Source: Felis catus (taxonomy: Eukaryota). Taken from it: a stretch of 64,000 nucleotides of DNA. The stretch spans positions 19,098,001 through 19,162,000 of the forward strand of contig NC_058383.1 of NCBI RefSeq assembly GCF_018350175.1. Direction: 5' to 3'. Below are positions 25,115-35,803 of the stretch, piece after piece. How positions within the stretch are numbered: the first letter of the stretch is position 1; each line of letters begins with the position of its first letter. The notes below the pieces were generated by a model. That model had not been told where the DNA came from and ran no database searches. It worked only from the letters and a program-made list of their open reading frames with translations. A program made the translations under genes and the position numbers.

Positions 25115-25795
25115 CTGAAATGACCATCAACGTTGGGGTTTGAAACAACATAATCCTCTTCCAGTTCTGGGGGTCAGAAGTCTAAAACCAAGGTATTTGG
25201 GGCGCCTGGGTGGCTCAGTCGGTTAAGCGTCCAACTTCGGCTCAGGTCATGATCTCACGGTCCATGGGTTCGAGCCCCACGTCGGGCTCTGTGCTGACAG
25301 CTCGGAGCCCGGAGCCTGCTTTGGATTCTGTGTGTCTCTCTCTCTCTCTGCCCTCCCCCCACTTGTTCTCTCTCTCTCTCTCCCCCCCTCTCTCTCAAAA
25401 ATAAATAAACACTAAACAAATTAAAAAGAAATTTAAAACCAAGGCACTTGTAGGACCGCGTTCCTTCCGTAGGCTTCAAGGGAGGATCGGTCCCCTCGCC
25501 TTTTCCAGCTTCTAGAGGCTTCCCGAATTCCTCAGCCCATGGCCCTTCCTCCTTCTTCAGAACACATCATGCCAGCCTCTAGTTCTGTTGTCACATCTTT
25601 TCTGACTCTGAGGCCTCGGTCTCCCTTTTATAAGGACCTTTGTGATTACCTTGGACCGACCCAGATAATCCAGGATAATCTTCTCAAGATTCTTAGTGAC
25701 GTCGGCAAAGTCCTTTTTGCCACGTAGGGCAACATATTCCTAGAGTCAGAGGATTAGGACATGAACACCCTTGGGTCCATTATACAGCCGGCCAT
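25115..25795 (-). mobile_element. MaLR solo LTR (MLT1C-like), interrupted by a SINE
   Basis: CAGTTCTGGGGGTCAGAAGTCTAAAACCAAGG, CCTTTTCCAGCTTCTAGAGGCT, TATAAGGACCTTTGTGATTAC, GATTAGGACATGAACA. Confidence 0.82.
25199..25432 (+). mobile_element. Can-SINE (SINEC_Fc-type)
   Basis: Full-length; TSD TAAAACCAAGG(T/C)A(T/C)TT. Confidence 0.97.
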
Positions 25796-26106
25796 AGGCA
25801 GGGGCCACTCTGGAGGGGTGGAGGGTCTGTGGTATGGGGGCCCAGAGACTCTCTTAGCTCCTTGGGGGCCCGCAGGTGTCTCCCAGCCTGGGCACAGATA
25901 CACCTTTTGCTCTAGACCTGAGGAGCAGGTTGTGGTGCCAGCACCAAAGGCCAGTGTGCTGGGGGTCCTCCAGGTGGGCAGAGGTACTTTTCTGTGGTTG
26001 CCAGAATTGCTCCCTGGCCTAGGGGACACCCATGTCATTCTGGCTTCCAGCCAGAGGGCTTGGTCAACCAGATCACTTACTCCCATTTGATGGGTGTTTT
26101 CCGAAA

Positions 26107-26666
26107 GTGTTAGTTCCCTATTTGCTGCTGCAACAAAATTACTAGAGATGTCGTGACTTCATCGCACAGATTTATTAGCTCACAGTTCTGGGGGCTCGAA
26201 GTGCCGTACACTCTCCCCCACCTACAATTCAAGGTGGTTGGCGGGCTGTGTTTGTTTCTGGATGCTCTAGGGGAACATCTGTTTCTGCTTCTTGTTGTTG
26301 GCAGAATTCCATTCCTTGAGGTTGTAGGAGCGAGTCGCCGTTTCCTCACTGGCTGGGAACCAATGGCTGCCCTCAGCTTCCAGAGGTCGCCATGGTCTGT
26401 GGCTCACGACCCCTTCCTCCGGCTTCAGGGCCAGCAAAGGCGGTTGAGTTCTTTTCACATTGCACCTGTCTCTGACCAGAGCCAGGGAAGCTTCTCTGCT
26501 TTCCAGGACTCCTGTGATTACGTTGGGTCCCCGTGGATAATCCCAGATAATCTCGCCATTGGAATTGCAACCTTCATTATCCCTTCTGTCGTGGAAAGGA
26601 ACATATTTACACGTTCTGAGGATGAAGGTGTGGACATCTTTGGTGGCCCTTAGTCTGCCTACCACA
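26107..26666 (-). mobile_element. MaLR solo LTR (MLT1C/D-like)
   Basis: TGTTAGTTCCCTATTTGCTGCTGCAACAAAATTAC start, TTGTTGGCAGAATTCCATTCCTTG, ends CTGCCTACCACA. Confidence 0.85.
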
Positions 26667-26826
26667 CCAGGTAATGATAATAAGGATTGGAATGTAACTA
26701 ACAATTATTGCGTATTTACTACACGACACGCTTTATGTTCAGTAACTCACCGAATCCTCAGAATGATCCTTTATGGTTATGCCCGTTTTATATTAGAGGA
26801 AACCGAGGCACAGACAGGTTAAGGAG

Positions 26827-27210
26827 TGGTAAGGGTTGAATTATGCCTCCCCGGAATTCATATGTTGACGTCTTGACCTCAGACTGTGACTTTGTTCGGA
26901 GACAGGGCCTTTAGAGAGGTAATTAAGTTAAATGAGGTCATTAGGGTGGCCCTCCCTCCAATATGACTGGTGTCCTTATGAAAAGGGGAACTTTGGTGAC
27001 ACGCATGCATACAGGGAGGACGCCGTGGTAATGTGGAGACAGCCATGTTGAGAGCCTGAAGAAGGGCCTGGGACAGATTCTCCCTCACAGCCCTCAGAAG
27101 GGACCCAGCTTGCTGACACGTTGATCTTGGACCTCCAGCCTCCGGAACTGTGAGAGACCGTCGATTGTTGTCCTTTAAGCCACCCACTCAGTGGTAGCAA
27201 ACTGATACGA
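26827..27210 (+). mobile_element. MaLR solo LTR (MLT1A/B-like) inside a MIR
   Basis: GGTTGAATTATG..., TAATTAAGTTAAATGAGGTCATTAGGGTGG, TTGATCTTGGACCTCCAGCCTCCGGAACTGTGAGA, TTTAAGCCACCCA. Confidence 0.87.
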
Positions 27211-28554
27211 GTTGATTTATATTAGTTGTGGCGCCTGGCTTCGAATCCAGGCAGTTCTCCCTCTTGGACTGACTGTTCACCCCTCGCGTTCGTTGCTACC
27301 TCTCTCTCTCTCTCTCTCTCTCTTTGGTTCCTTTGCCTCTGCCTTACTCTGTCCTGATCTCGCTCTTGTCTTCTGTCTTTTTCTCATTCATTGTCCCTGC
27401 CCCCCCACCCCCGGGTCTCCTTATTGCTTAATCCTGCTGAATCTGTTTCTCCCTGCCTCCCTCCTTCCCTCCTTGCCCTGCAGATGGAGAGGGGACCCCT
27501 CCCCGGCTCCAGCCCCCCAGTTCCCCCCAGCTCCGTCCAGCCACTGCTCCCCTCAGAGCACTCCTCTGTAATTGCACCGCTGATGGATGGAGGCCCGAGT
27601 CCCAACATGCCGGCCCCTGCTCTGCTGGGATGGCGCTTCCCTGGCTGGGTGCAGAGCCTTTCCAGTCTGAGAGAGGAGGCCGGTGAGCCGCAAGAGGAGC
27701 CAAGCCCGGCCCCCTCTTCTCTGCTCCCCCTGTGGGCTCTCTTCCTTCCTCTCCACCTTGCTGCGCACACAGGAGCCTCTGACTCAGTGGCCGTCAGCCC
27801 AGCAGCCCCGCCAGGCCTGGCAGGCGCGGGACACCGGCCATGGGCACCAGCCACGGTTCCGGCAATCACCCTGACCTTGACGCATGGACTCTTGCTTGTC
27901 TGCTCCCGGCTCCTGGTTTTGGGGTCTGCAGAGCAGTCCTCCTGCCCGCCTCACCCCAGGCTCCCGTGTTTAGGATCCGGCCTGTCCCCTCTGCTGCCCC
28001 GGCGTCTGGGGTCCCCTGTTGCTCTGAATGGGAGGCTCCTCACTTCCCTAAGCTCCAGGAGCACTGGTGGCCTCCTGTGGAGTTGGGCTGGGGACTGAGA
28101 TGGAGACGGGGACAGAGGAAGTCGAGGAAGGTGTCTGCCCAGCCCAGACCTCCTTCACTGAGCGTTTCCCCACCAACAGTGGTGGCATGGCGGCCATGAT
28201 TTCCTGGGTGGCCTTGTCCTTCCCTGGCTGTGCTGACTGGCCTCTCGGGCTGGGCACCTGACCTGAGCTGGGCCAATCAGCTTCTCTGTCTTGGGAATTT
28301 GGAGAATTGAAAGACGGGTCAGGCTCCGTAGGGCTGGACGCAGGGCAATGGCTGAAGTGACTGCCTCTATTCAGAAGAGCCGAGAGGGGCCCAGAAGAAA
28401 GACTTTGGAGCTGGGACAACCAGAGAGAGAGGCCATCCTGGCTGCGATGGCTCCCCAGTCCAGCAGTACCTGCATCTGGGTTCAGTGAGACACCCTTATA
28501 TCCTTCCACGTTAACAAGCTTCCACGCCTTGCCTTGTGAGTGGGTTCTGCCCTT

Positions 28555-29140
28555 TGCAACCACACAGCCTCCAGATAGAGCTTTTAAAAATGCAAATCAG
28601 GTCACAGCACTCTTGTGCTTGGCTCCCTCCAGTGACTTCCCAGAGTCCCAGCCTAGCTCCTCGGGTCTGCCCCAGCCCAAGGCCTGCGTGACCCAGCCCT
28701 GCCCTCTCCTCCAGGGGCCCCTCCTTCTGTTCACCCAGCACCCACGTAGCCCCAGGCCTTCCTGCCTCTTTGCTGCTCCCCTGGTGCTCCAAGTATATCC
28801 CTGCCCCGGGGCCTTTGCACTTGATACGCTTCTCCCTGGGATGCTCTCCCCCTGGATCCTTACATGGCTGGCTTGTCTTCATCAGGCCGTAGCTGGAATG
28901 TTCTCTCACTACAGAGAAGGCCTCGGTCACCTTGTCGGAGATGCCTCCCCGCCCCCGTCCCTCCACCCCAGCTCCCTGTTTTGTTTCATTCAGAGTGCAT
29001 GTGGCCACCTGGTATTTATCTATTTGTTTACTTGTTTACGGCCTGTCTCCTCTGCTGGAACTTCCTGTCTTGTTCGCACTGAATTTTCAGTGCTTCGAAC
29101 CGTGCCCGACACATGCTTAATGAAGATTTGCTGATTGAAT
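28555..29140 (+). mobile_element. LINE-2 (L2) 3' end
   Basis: GGGCCTTTGCACTTG and TTTGCTGATTGAATG terminus. Confidence 0.8.
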
Positions 29141-29429
29141 GCAACAAAAGCGGTCCGCGGGCTGAGAGACTCCGTGGGGCTTGGCCGGGGTTGTTGGGAG
29201 AGGGGTAAAGGACCCACCTCTTTCTCCCCGTGCAGGATCCTGGCTGCTCTGGCCCAGCAGGTGACAGCTCTAAAGGTCTCCCAGCTGTGGGTGGAGTGCG
29301 GGTGGCCGGGCTACCTGGAGGTGGTGAGTGCCGTGGGGGTGGCTCGGATCCTCCGGTCCCCTCCGGTCCCCTTCTGGACTGCCATGCACTCCGCCCACTG
29401 GATCGGTGTTCTTCCTCTTGCGGACCCTG

Positions 29430-29567
29430 GGGATGATTTCTCTCTCTCTCTCTCTTTCTCTCCCTCTCTCTCTGCCCCTCCCCTGGTTTTGCTTGCTGTC
29501 TCTCTGTCTCTCTCTCTGTCAAAAATAAATAAACATAAAAAATGTTTACATTGTAATAAAAAAAAAA
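29430..29567 (+). mobile_element. Can-SINE 3' half only (inverted duplicate of the element at 30592-30845)
   Basis: CT repeat, CCCCTGGTTTTGCTTGCT and A tail without tRNA head; see findings. Confidence 0.85.
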
Positions 29568-29758
29568 TTTCCCCTCACCCCCTAGAAAACAATCCCTGTT
29601 TTCCCCAGAGTCCTTTAGTAAAGTGACCATGGTTCAGATTCCCCAAGATCGGGGGCTTTGGCCTGGGGAAGGGTCTCATGTCTGGGAGCGAGCCCCTTCT
29701 GGGATAAGTTGGCACGTGAGGGTGAGTTGCCTTCTGCCTCTCTCTCTGCTTTGTTTTT

Positions 29759-29995
29759 TTGTTTTTTTTGTTTTTTTTTTAATTTTTTTTCAACGTTTTT
29801 ATTTATTTTTGGGACAGAGAGAGACAGAGCATGAACGGGGGAGGGGCAGAGAGAGAGGGAGACACAGAATCGGAAACAGGTTCCAGGCTCCGAGCCATCA
29901 GCCCAGAGCCCGACGCGGGGCTCGAACTCCCTGACCGCGAGATCGTGACCTGGCTGAAGTCGGACGCTTAACCGACTGCGCCACCCAGGCGCCCC
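29759..29995 (-). mobile_element. Young felid SINE (SINEC_Fc-type)
   Basis: Near-consensus GGGACAGAGAGAGACAGAGCATGAACGGGGGAGGGG...CCATCAGCCCAGAGCCCGACGCGGGGCTCGAAC with CpGs intact; TSD TCTGCTTTGTTTTT. Confidence 0.97.
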
Positions 29996-30591
29996 TCTGC
30001 TTTGTTTTTAAAAATCCATTGTATGTATTAGATACGTCATCGCATGACGATCCTGTGACCTATTCATGCTGTAAAGAGACCACCCTGCCATCAGGCAGTG
30101 CAGACATCACAGGCTGGTGGGAAAGCCCCAAGGGTGAAGGTCTGGACTAGCATCATAGGCCCCCTTTCCTTCTGGAAAAATGACTGCCAACTCCAAATTA
30201 CCTGGGTGAATGGGGAAGAGGCGGGATGGGCAGCCGGGTCCAGAGGCCCCTCACCTCCCTGCCAGGTAGAAACAGCTAACCGGCAGCCGGTCTTGGTGGA
30301 TGGGAGCTCAGCGAACTTTCTTTTCCTTCCTTGCCTGTGGCTGGAGGTACCGATGAGCAGTGCCACGGGGGCGGAGGGGGGAGCCAGAAGCCCGAGTAAT
30401 CCACTCCTTGAATAATCAGCCCTGAATAATTGAGAGTTGACAGAGCATTGCACTTGTCTCAGCCTAGAGATGCCGACTCTGGGAGACAAGGAACAGGCAG
30501 ATGAGAACGAGAGGGTCTGGAGAGAGGACGCGAGATCGGAGATTGAGGCAAAGCAACTTGGGGGTGGGGGGCAATGGTTTTTTATTACAAT

Positions 30592-30678
30592 GTAAACATT
30601 ATTTATGTTTATTTTTATGTTTATTTTTAACACAGAGAGAGAGAGAGCAAGCAAAACCAGGGGAGGGGCAGAGAGAGA

Positions 30679-30717
<39 letters not shown>

Positions 30718-30845
30718 TCCCAAGCAGGCTCCATGCTGACAGCGCGGAGCCGGCACGGGACTCGATCTCACGAACCCATGAGATCATGACCTGAGCCGAA
30801 ATCAAGAGTCAGATGCTTGACCAACTGAGCCCCCCAGGCGCCCCC
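30592..30845 (-). mobile_element. Can-SINE, full length
   Basis: Head ends CCAGGCGCCCC; TSD TTTTATTACAAT at 30580-30591 and 30846-30857. Confidence 0.96.
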
Positions 30846-32135
30846 TTTTATTACAATTTTAAACTGCAAGGGCAAAGGGCTAACGCTGTGGGGGCAGGTG
30901 GCAGGGAGGAGGAGAGGAGAAACATACACAGGAAGGAGCGATATTTCTTTCTAGACAGTAAACGACTGCCAAATAACCCCCAGAAACAATGCTCCAAAGG
31001 CGTCTGTGGGAAGCTGAGAGCTGCTCGTCCTCAAAGAGTTATTGGTTTTGTTCAAGCTTCATCTGAGTCTCGCTTAAAAAAAAAAAAAGATTTTGTTTCC
31101 CCTCTTGCGACGGTCTGCAGGGGAAAATCGAGCACGTAACAGCTGCCTTGTGTCATTTAGACGCTTCTGAATAAACTGACGTTGGCCGGGGTGGGCGCCT
31201 AGATGGGGACACACGGCCCAGGCGACTCCCAGTAATCTCTGCGTGGATTACCCACGGTGGGGGTTGTCCAGAAGGGATGTCCCCCCACCCCCACCCCCAC
31301 CTGGGTCTGGTCCTTCCTGACACTCAGCCACGTCCCAGGCCGCGCCCTCTGGGGTGGCCTGACTTTCGAGCACACAGGATGTGCTCATATGCGCAAAGAG
31401 GGGTTGCACGCGGTCTGCGCAGGCAGACGGACCCGGGGGGAGGGGGTTGCGCAGGCCTCACCGGTTTCCTACACACAGCATGTAAGCCTGGCGAAACCTC
31501 TCCGTCCCTCCGGACCTCTGGTGCTTCCGCAATAAAACGAGGAAGGAAACAAACAGGGCATCGATCGCTTGGCTTATCAATACCCAGGAGTGCCCCGCAT
31601 GTCCCAGCCTCCTTTGCTGTTGGATTGGCCACGTGACTGGTGTGGCCGATGGGTGTGAGCGGGGGTGGCGGAGGTCCTCTGGCTGGCTGAGGTGGGTAAG
31701 CGTACGTCGTGCCCTCCCTGGAACTTTCCATCCCCTGTTTGTGGTGTGGCTGCACACGGAAGGAGCCTGGGTCCCTGAGTCACTGCGTGGATGGGAGGCA
31801 CGCCGGAGACACAGCTGCGAAATACGACTTTGGGATTTTGAGGCGTTTGCACCGGCGGCCGGTGTTAACCACCCAAACGAAGACAGTAGTACTCCTTTGA
31901 GAGTCGTTGAGAAAAATTAAACAGGGAGGCAGAGCCTGTAAGGAGCTTAGCAAAGTGCCTAGCACTTTTTGATAAATATTAAGTGTGCATACTAATTTAT
32001 TTACAAAGCAAATCTTTATTGAGCTTTTGCCATGTGCCGAGCATGTGGCCTCGTCGTAACAACCGCAGACACACAAAATTGTGTTTCGGATTAGCACGGT
32101 GAAATCAAAAGGACTCGGTCGGTCACTCGTTCCTT

Positions 32136-32137
<2 letters not shown>

Positions 32138-32172
<35 letters not shown>
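32138..32172. repeat. (TG)n microsatellite
   Basis: Pure GT run. Confidence 0.97.
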
Positions 32173-32173
<1 letters not shown>

Positions 32174-32469
32174 TGTGAGCCGAAGGGTGGGATGTGTGGT
32201 GAATGCCACTGAGTCTCTCAGGTCGCTCGCAGGCTGCTGCGTGATGCACGTGAAGGCAAATAATTCGAACGCCAAGGGCCTTTTTCAGAGTGCCAGCCGC
32301 GTCCCCAGTTCTGCTTGGGGGAATCAGGGAGGGCTTCACGGAGGAGAGGACTTTGGCGTTCAGCCTTGAAGGTTGGCGCAAGAATCGGGTGAGAAGGCGC
32401 GTTTCAGGCAGAGGGACGGGTACATCATCACGAGGTCTTGTGTCTAATGAGAGTGTTCTTGGGGGCTGC

Positions 32470-32830
32470 AGTCCAGCCGGAACGATGCCCCCTCCCCGCC
32501 AAAGGTCCACGTCATGATCCCTGTAACCTGTCAATATGCTACCTGAAATGCTGAAAGGGACTTTCGGCAGCTGTGATTCAATTAAGGATTTTGACTTGGG
32601 GAGATTATCCTGGATTTTCCAGATGAGCCCGCGCTGATCACGTGAACCCTTAAAAGCAGAGAAGCTTTCTCAGTTGTAGTTGGAGGAGGTATGTCTGTCA
32701 GAGAGGAGAGTTGCAATGGGGCCGACTTTGCAGATGCCGGAAGGGAAGGCAGGAGTCAAGGACTGCGCGCCTCCGGAGAAGCCGTAGGGAAGGCTCTGTT
32801 TCCTCGCCTTTTCGAGGCGGGGGGAGTTGC
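32470..32830 (+). mobile_element. MaLR LTR (MLT1D-like), 5' part
   Basis: AAAGGTCCACGTCATGATCCCTGTAACCTGTCAATATG...AAAGGGACTTT...GTGATTCAATTAAGGATTTTGACTTGGGGAGATTATCCTGGAT. Confidence 0.8.
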
Positions 32831-33370
32831 TCCTATTTGTTCTGTATGCGCGCTGGGTCTCCAGCTTCTGTGGGGTTCCCCGCTTTCTCACGTGATATTG
32901 ATGTTCTTTCGGGACTGCTGAGAGTTAATGTGAACTCTCTGTGCTAATTTTCTGAGAAAGAAAGAGCTGCCTTGTTTGTCTTCGTGAGTGTTGAGTTTTC
33001 CATAAACGGAACGTACGGTTCTTGTTTAATTAATGGCCACTTAGGTTATCGCTAGCCCTTTGTTCTTCAAAGAATGCTGCGGCAAGTTCTCTTGACCTTG
33101 TGTGATTTTGCACGCGTGTGAGGAGGTCTGTAAGAGGAGTTCCAAGACGTGAAATTGTTGGGTCACAGAGAATATGCGCCTTTGGGAGTTCTGCATTTTT
33201 AATAAATGTCTGAGGGCACGACGATTGTGGCAAGAACAGAAATTAGCATGGAGGTTGCTGAACGGAATTCAAATCTGGGCTCCGTAAACATCCCCGTGGC
33301 TGATGGTGGGGAGGCAGGGAGGCCAGGGGACAGACTGAGGCACTGGACCTCAAGAGAGATGTGCATGTGA

Positions 33371-33401
<31 letters not shown>

Positions 33402-33770
33402 CGAGAAGGAGGGGGGAAAGGAGGAGAAAGGGAATGTTTAGGACTGGCCTGGCATGATGTAAGTTGATTTTATTATTCATTTATTATTTATCTGCTTGGG
33501 AAGCTCCTAGGACCTGAGAGCCTCCTTCTCAATGACCCTGAGCCAGAGAGCCACGTGGGGCCGGGGTCCCTGGGACAAGTAAGGCCTGAATCCGAATCTC
33601 TCTTCTACCAGCTCACTTTGATCCTGGGCAGATAATGACCTCTGTGATGTGGGGGTGGGGTGGGTGGCAGGGAGGAATAAAGAGATGTGTCCCTGCAGCC
33701 TTTAAATGAGGTGTTTCCAGTGTTAGGCTGATTCTGAGAAAAGAAGAGAGAGCCTTCTGGCCTTTGTCGT

Positions 33771-33847
33771 GCTCGAACTCACGAACCGCGAGATCATGAC
33801 CTGAGCTGAAGTCGGACGCTTAACCGACTGAGCCACCCAGGCGCCCC
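33771..33847 (-). mobile_element. Can-SINE 5' head only (3'-truncated)
   Basis: Near-consensus tRNA-like head with no body, CT repeat or tail. Confidence 0.9.
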
Positions 33848-34333
33848 TAATGCTTGTCTGACTTTGACATTTATGTCAGGGTGTTACAGCCACTGTAACA
33901 CCTCCGACTGTTTTCTTTTGGTTGTGCGTTTCCATAGGTTTCTTACTCACTTCGATGTTTTTACTATGAATTCTCCATTCTTGAGTTAGTTTTGACTCTT
34001 CCCCGGGTGAGCTGGTTTCAATGTCATCCAGCTTGTTTGAGAACGGCTCACCGATACTCTACTCTCCAAGTACTTCATGGCTGAGAATGTCGGGCAGCTC
34101 CCTTGTCGTTTATCCTCCTGAAGCCTGAACGCTGCGCCTGTGTTTCTTCCATTCCTCCTGAGGATGAGTCGAGTGCCAGCTCTTCTTGGACGGCCTGGTG
34201 GCCCCTTGAGCGTGGGGACACTGTTGGAGGATCAGAGAGTGCCATCATTTGCAATGAGGAACTTTGGGCAGCTGAGCCGAAGGTTATCCCTCTTCCTTCC
34301 CGTGTTTGTGATATTTGTTACTCTAAAAATATC

Positions 34334-34447
34334 CATGGCTGCTGTGTACAGTTACACAGGCTGTGCACTGTATGACTCCAGGGAGTGTTATGCGTATAAA
34401 CCACGGTGTGAATGGTGCTCCCAGTGTTGTTCAGGGTGGTGGCCCTG
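34334..34447. mobile_element. MER91-like hAT MITE
   Basis: CATGGCTGCTGTGTACAGTTACACAGGCTGTGCACTG start; GGTGGCCCTG end. Confidence 0.6.
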
Positions 34448-34762
34448 CAGGCTCTTGGCGTGGAAGCGCAGGATTCTTTTATGCCAATGTTTCCCGCATT
34501 TTAGCTTTTCTCATATGACCTTTGTGAATTTGTTCTTAGCCACCTACCCTTGTTCCACTATGATTTTTTTTTCTTTTCCTCTGTATTGGCTCACATCTTC
34601 CTTACATAAATGAATTCAAATGGGAAACTTTATATGACAATTGGAAACAGAAAACCAGCACAACTTGCCAAAAAAGGAAGAAATATATATACGTGCACGT
34701 GCATAAAACAACGCAATGCTATCAGATTTTAGCTGGATGCTTTTGCCTTCTCTCTCTCTCTC

Positions 34763-34970
34763 TTTTTTAAAGTTTATTTATTTATTTTTGAGAGAGACAG
34801 CATGAGTGTGAGGGGGGTAGGGGCAGAGAGAGAGGGAGAGAGAATCCCAAGCAGGATCCAAGCTGTCAGCACAGAGCCCGACCTGGGGCTTGAACCCACG
34901 AACTGTGAGCCCATGACCTGAACCAAAATCAGGAGTTGGATGCTTAACTGACTGAGCCACCCAGGAACCC
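34763..34970 (-). mobile_element. Can-SINE
   Basis: AGAATCCCAAGCAGG body; TSD CCTTCTCTCTCT. Confidence 0.95.
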
Positions 34971-35002
34971 TACCTTCTCTCTCTTTAAAATGGAAGATCG
35001 GT

Positions 35003-35226
35003 GTGGAGCCTGGTGGCTCCGTCGGTTAAGTGTCCGACTTTGGCTCGGGTCATGATCTCATGAATGTGAGTTCAAGCCCCGCGTCGGGCTCTGTGCCGAC
35101 AGCTCAGAGCCTGGAGCCTGCTTCGGATTCTGTGTCTCCCTCTCTCTCTGCCCCTCCCCCTCTTGCATTGTGTCTCTGTCTCAAAAATAAATAAATATCA
35201 AAAAACTTTTTTTAATAAATAAAAAC
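35003..35226 (+). mobile_element. Can-SINE (SINEC_Fc-type)
   Basis: TSD TAAAATGGAAGAT at 34986 and 35227. Confidence 0.95.
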
Positions 35227-35271
35227 TAAAATGGAAGATGAGCAAGTGTTAGAACAATGTTAAGGACAAGC

Positions 35272-35309
<38 letters not shown>

Positions 35310-35585
35310 ACCAAAAACTGAAACTTCCTCCTGGGAGCAACCAAAGGGTTGGAAGGGAATTGGGAAGGGAAATTGTTCCCCATGATGTGATTCAGTGTCG
35401 TTTAGCGCACATCCCCCCGTCACGAGCCACTCATGGGACCTGTGAAGACACACTGGCCCCATCTGATACACCACCCACTCCAAGCTGCTTAAAGATCGTG
35501 GCACCATCTCCACAGGGGGGGTCCAAGCGTTTCTTATATCTTTCACCACTGGGAAGTTTAGTGCTACCTTGGAGGGGCCTTTTCT

Positions 35586-35803
35586 TCCTTTCTTTTTTAA
35601 TGTTTAATTATTATTGAGAGATAGAGAGGGATACAGCATGAGCAGGGGAGGGGCAGAGAGAGAGGGAGACACGGAATCGGAAGCAGGCTCCAGGCTCCGA
35701 GCTGTCAGCACGGAGCCCGACGCGGGGCTCGAACTCACGGACCGCGAGATCGTGACCTGAGCCGAAGTCGGACGCTTAACGGACTGAGCCACCCAGGTGC
35801 CCC
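35586..35803 (-). mobile_element. Can-SINE (SINEC_Fc-type)
   Basis: Perfect 15-bp TSD GGAGGGGCCTTTTCT at 35571 and 35806. Confidence 0.97.

Larger units (their letters stand above)
34480..35490. mobile_element. Old hAT-Charlie-type DNA transposon relic interrupted by two SINEs
   Basis: CAATGTTTCCC-like end; ATGGGAAACTTTATAT, AGGACAAGCCAGC and TGTGATTCAGTGT resemble recalled Charlie/MER motifs; family uncertain. Confidence 0.45.

Noticed and set aside
27391..28098. 235-aa Pro/Leu/Ser-rich ORF
   Set aside because: Low-complexity GC-rich DNA with no domain or splice support
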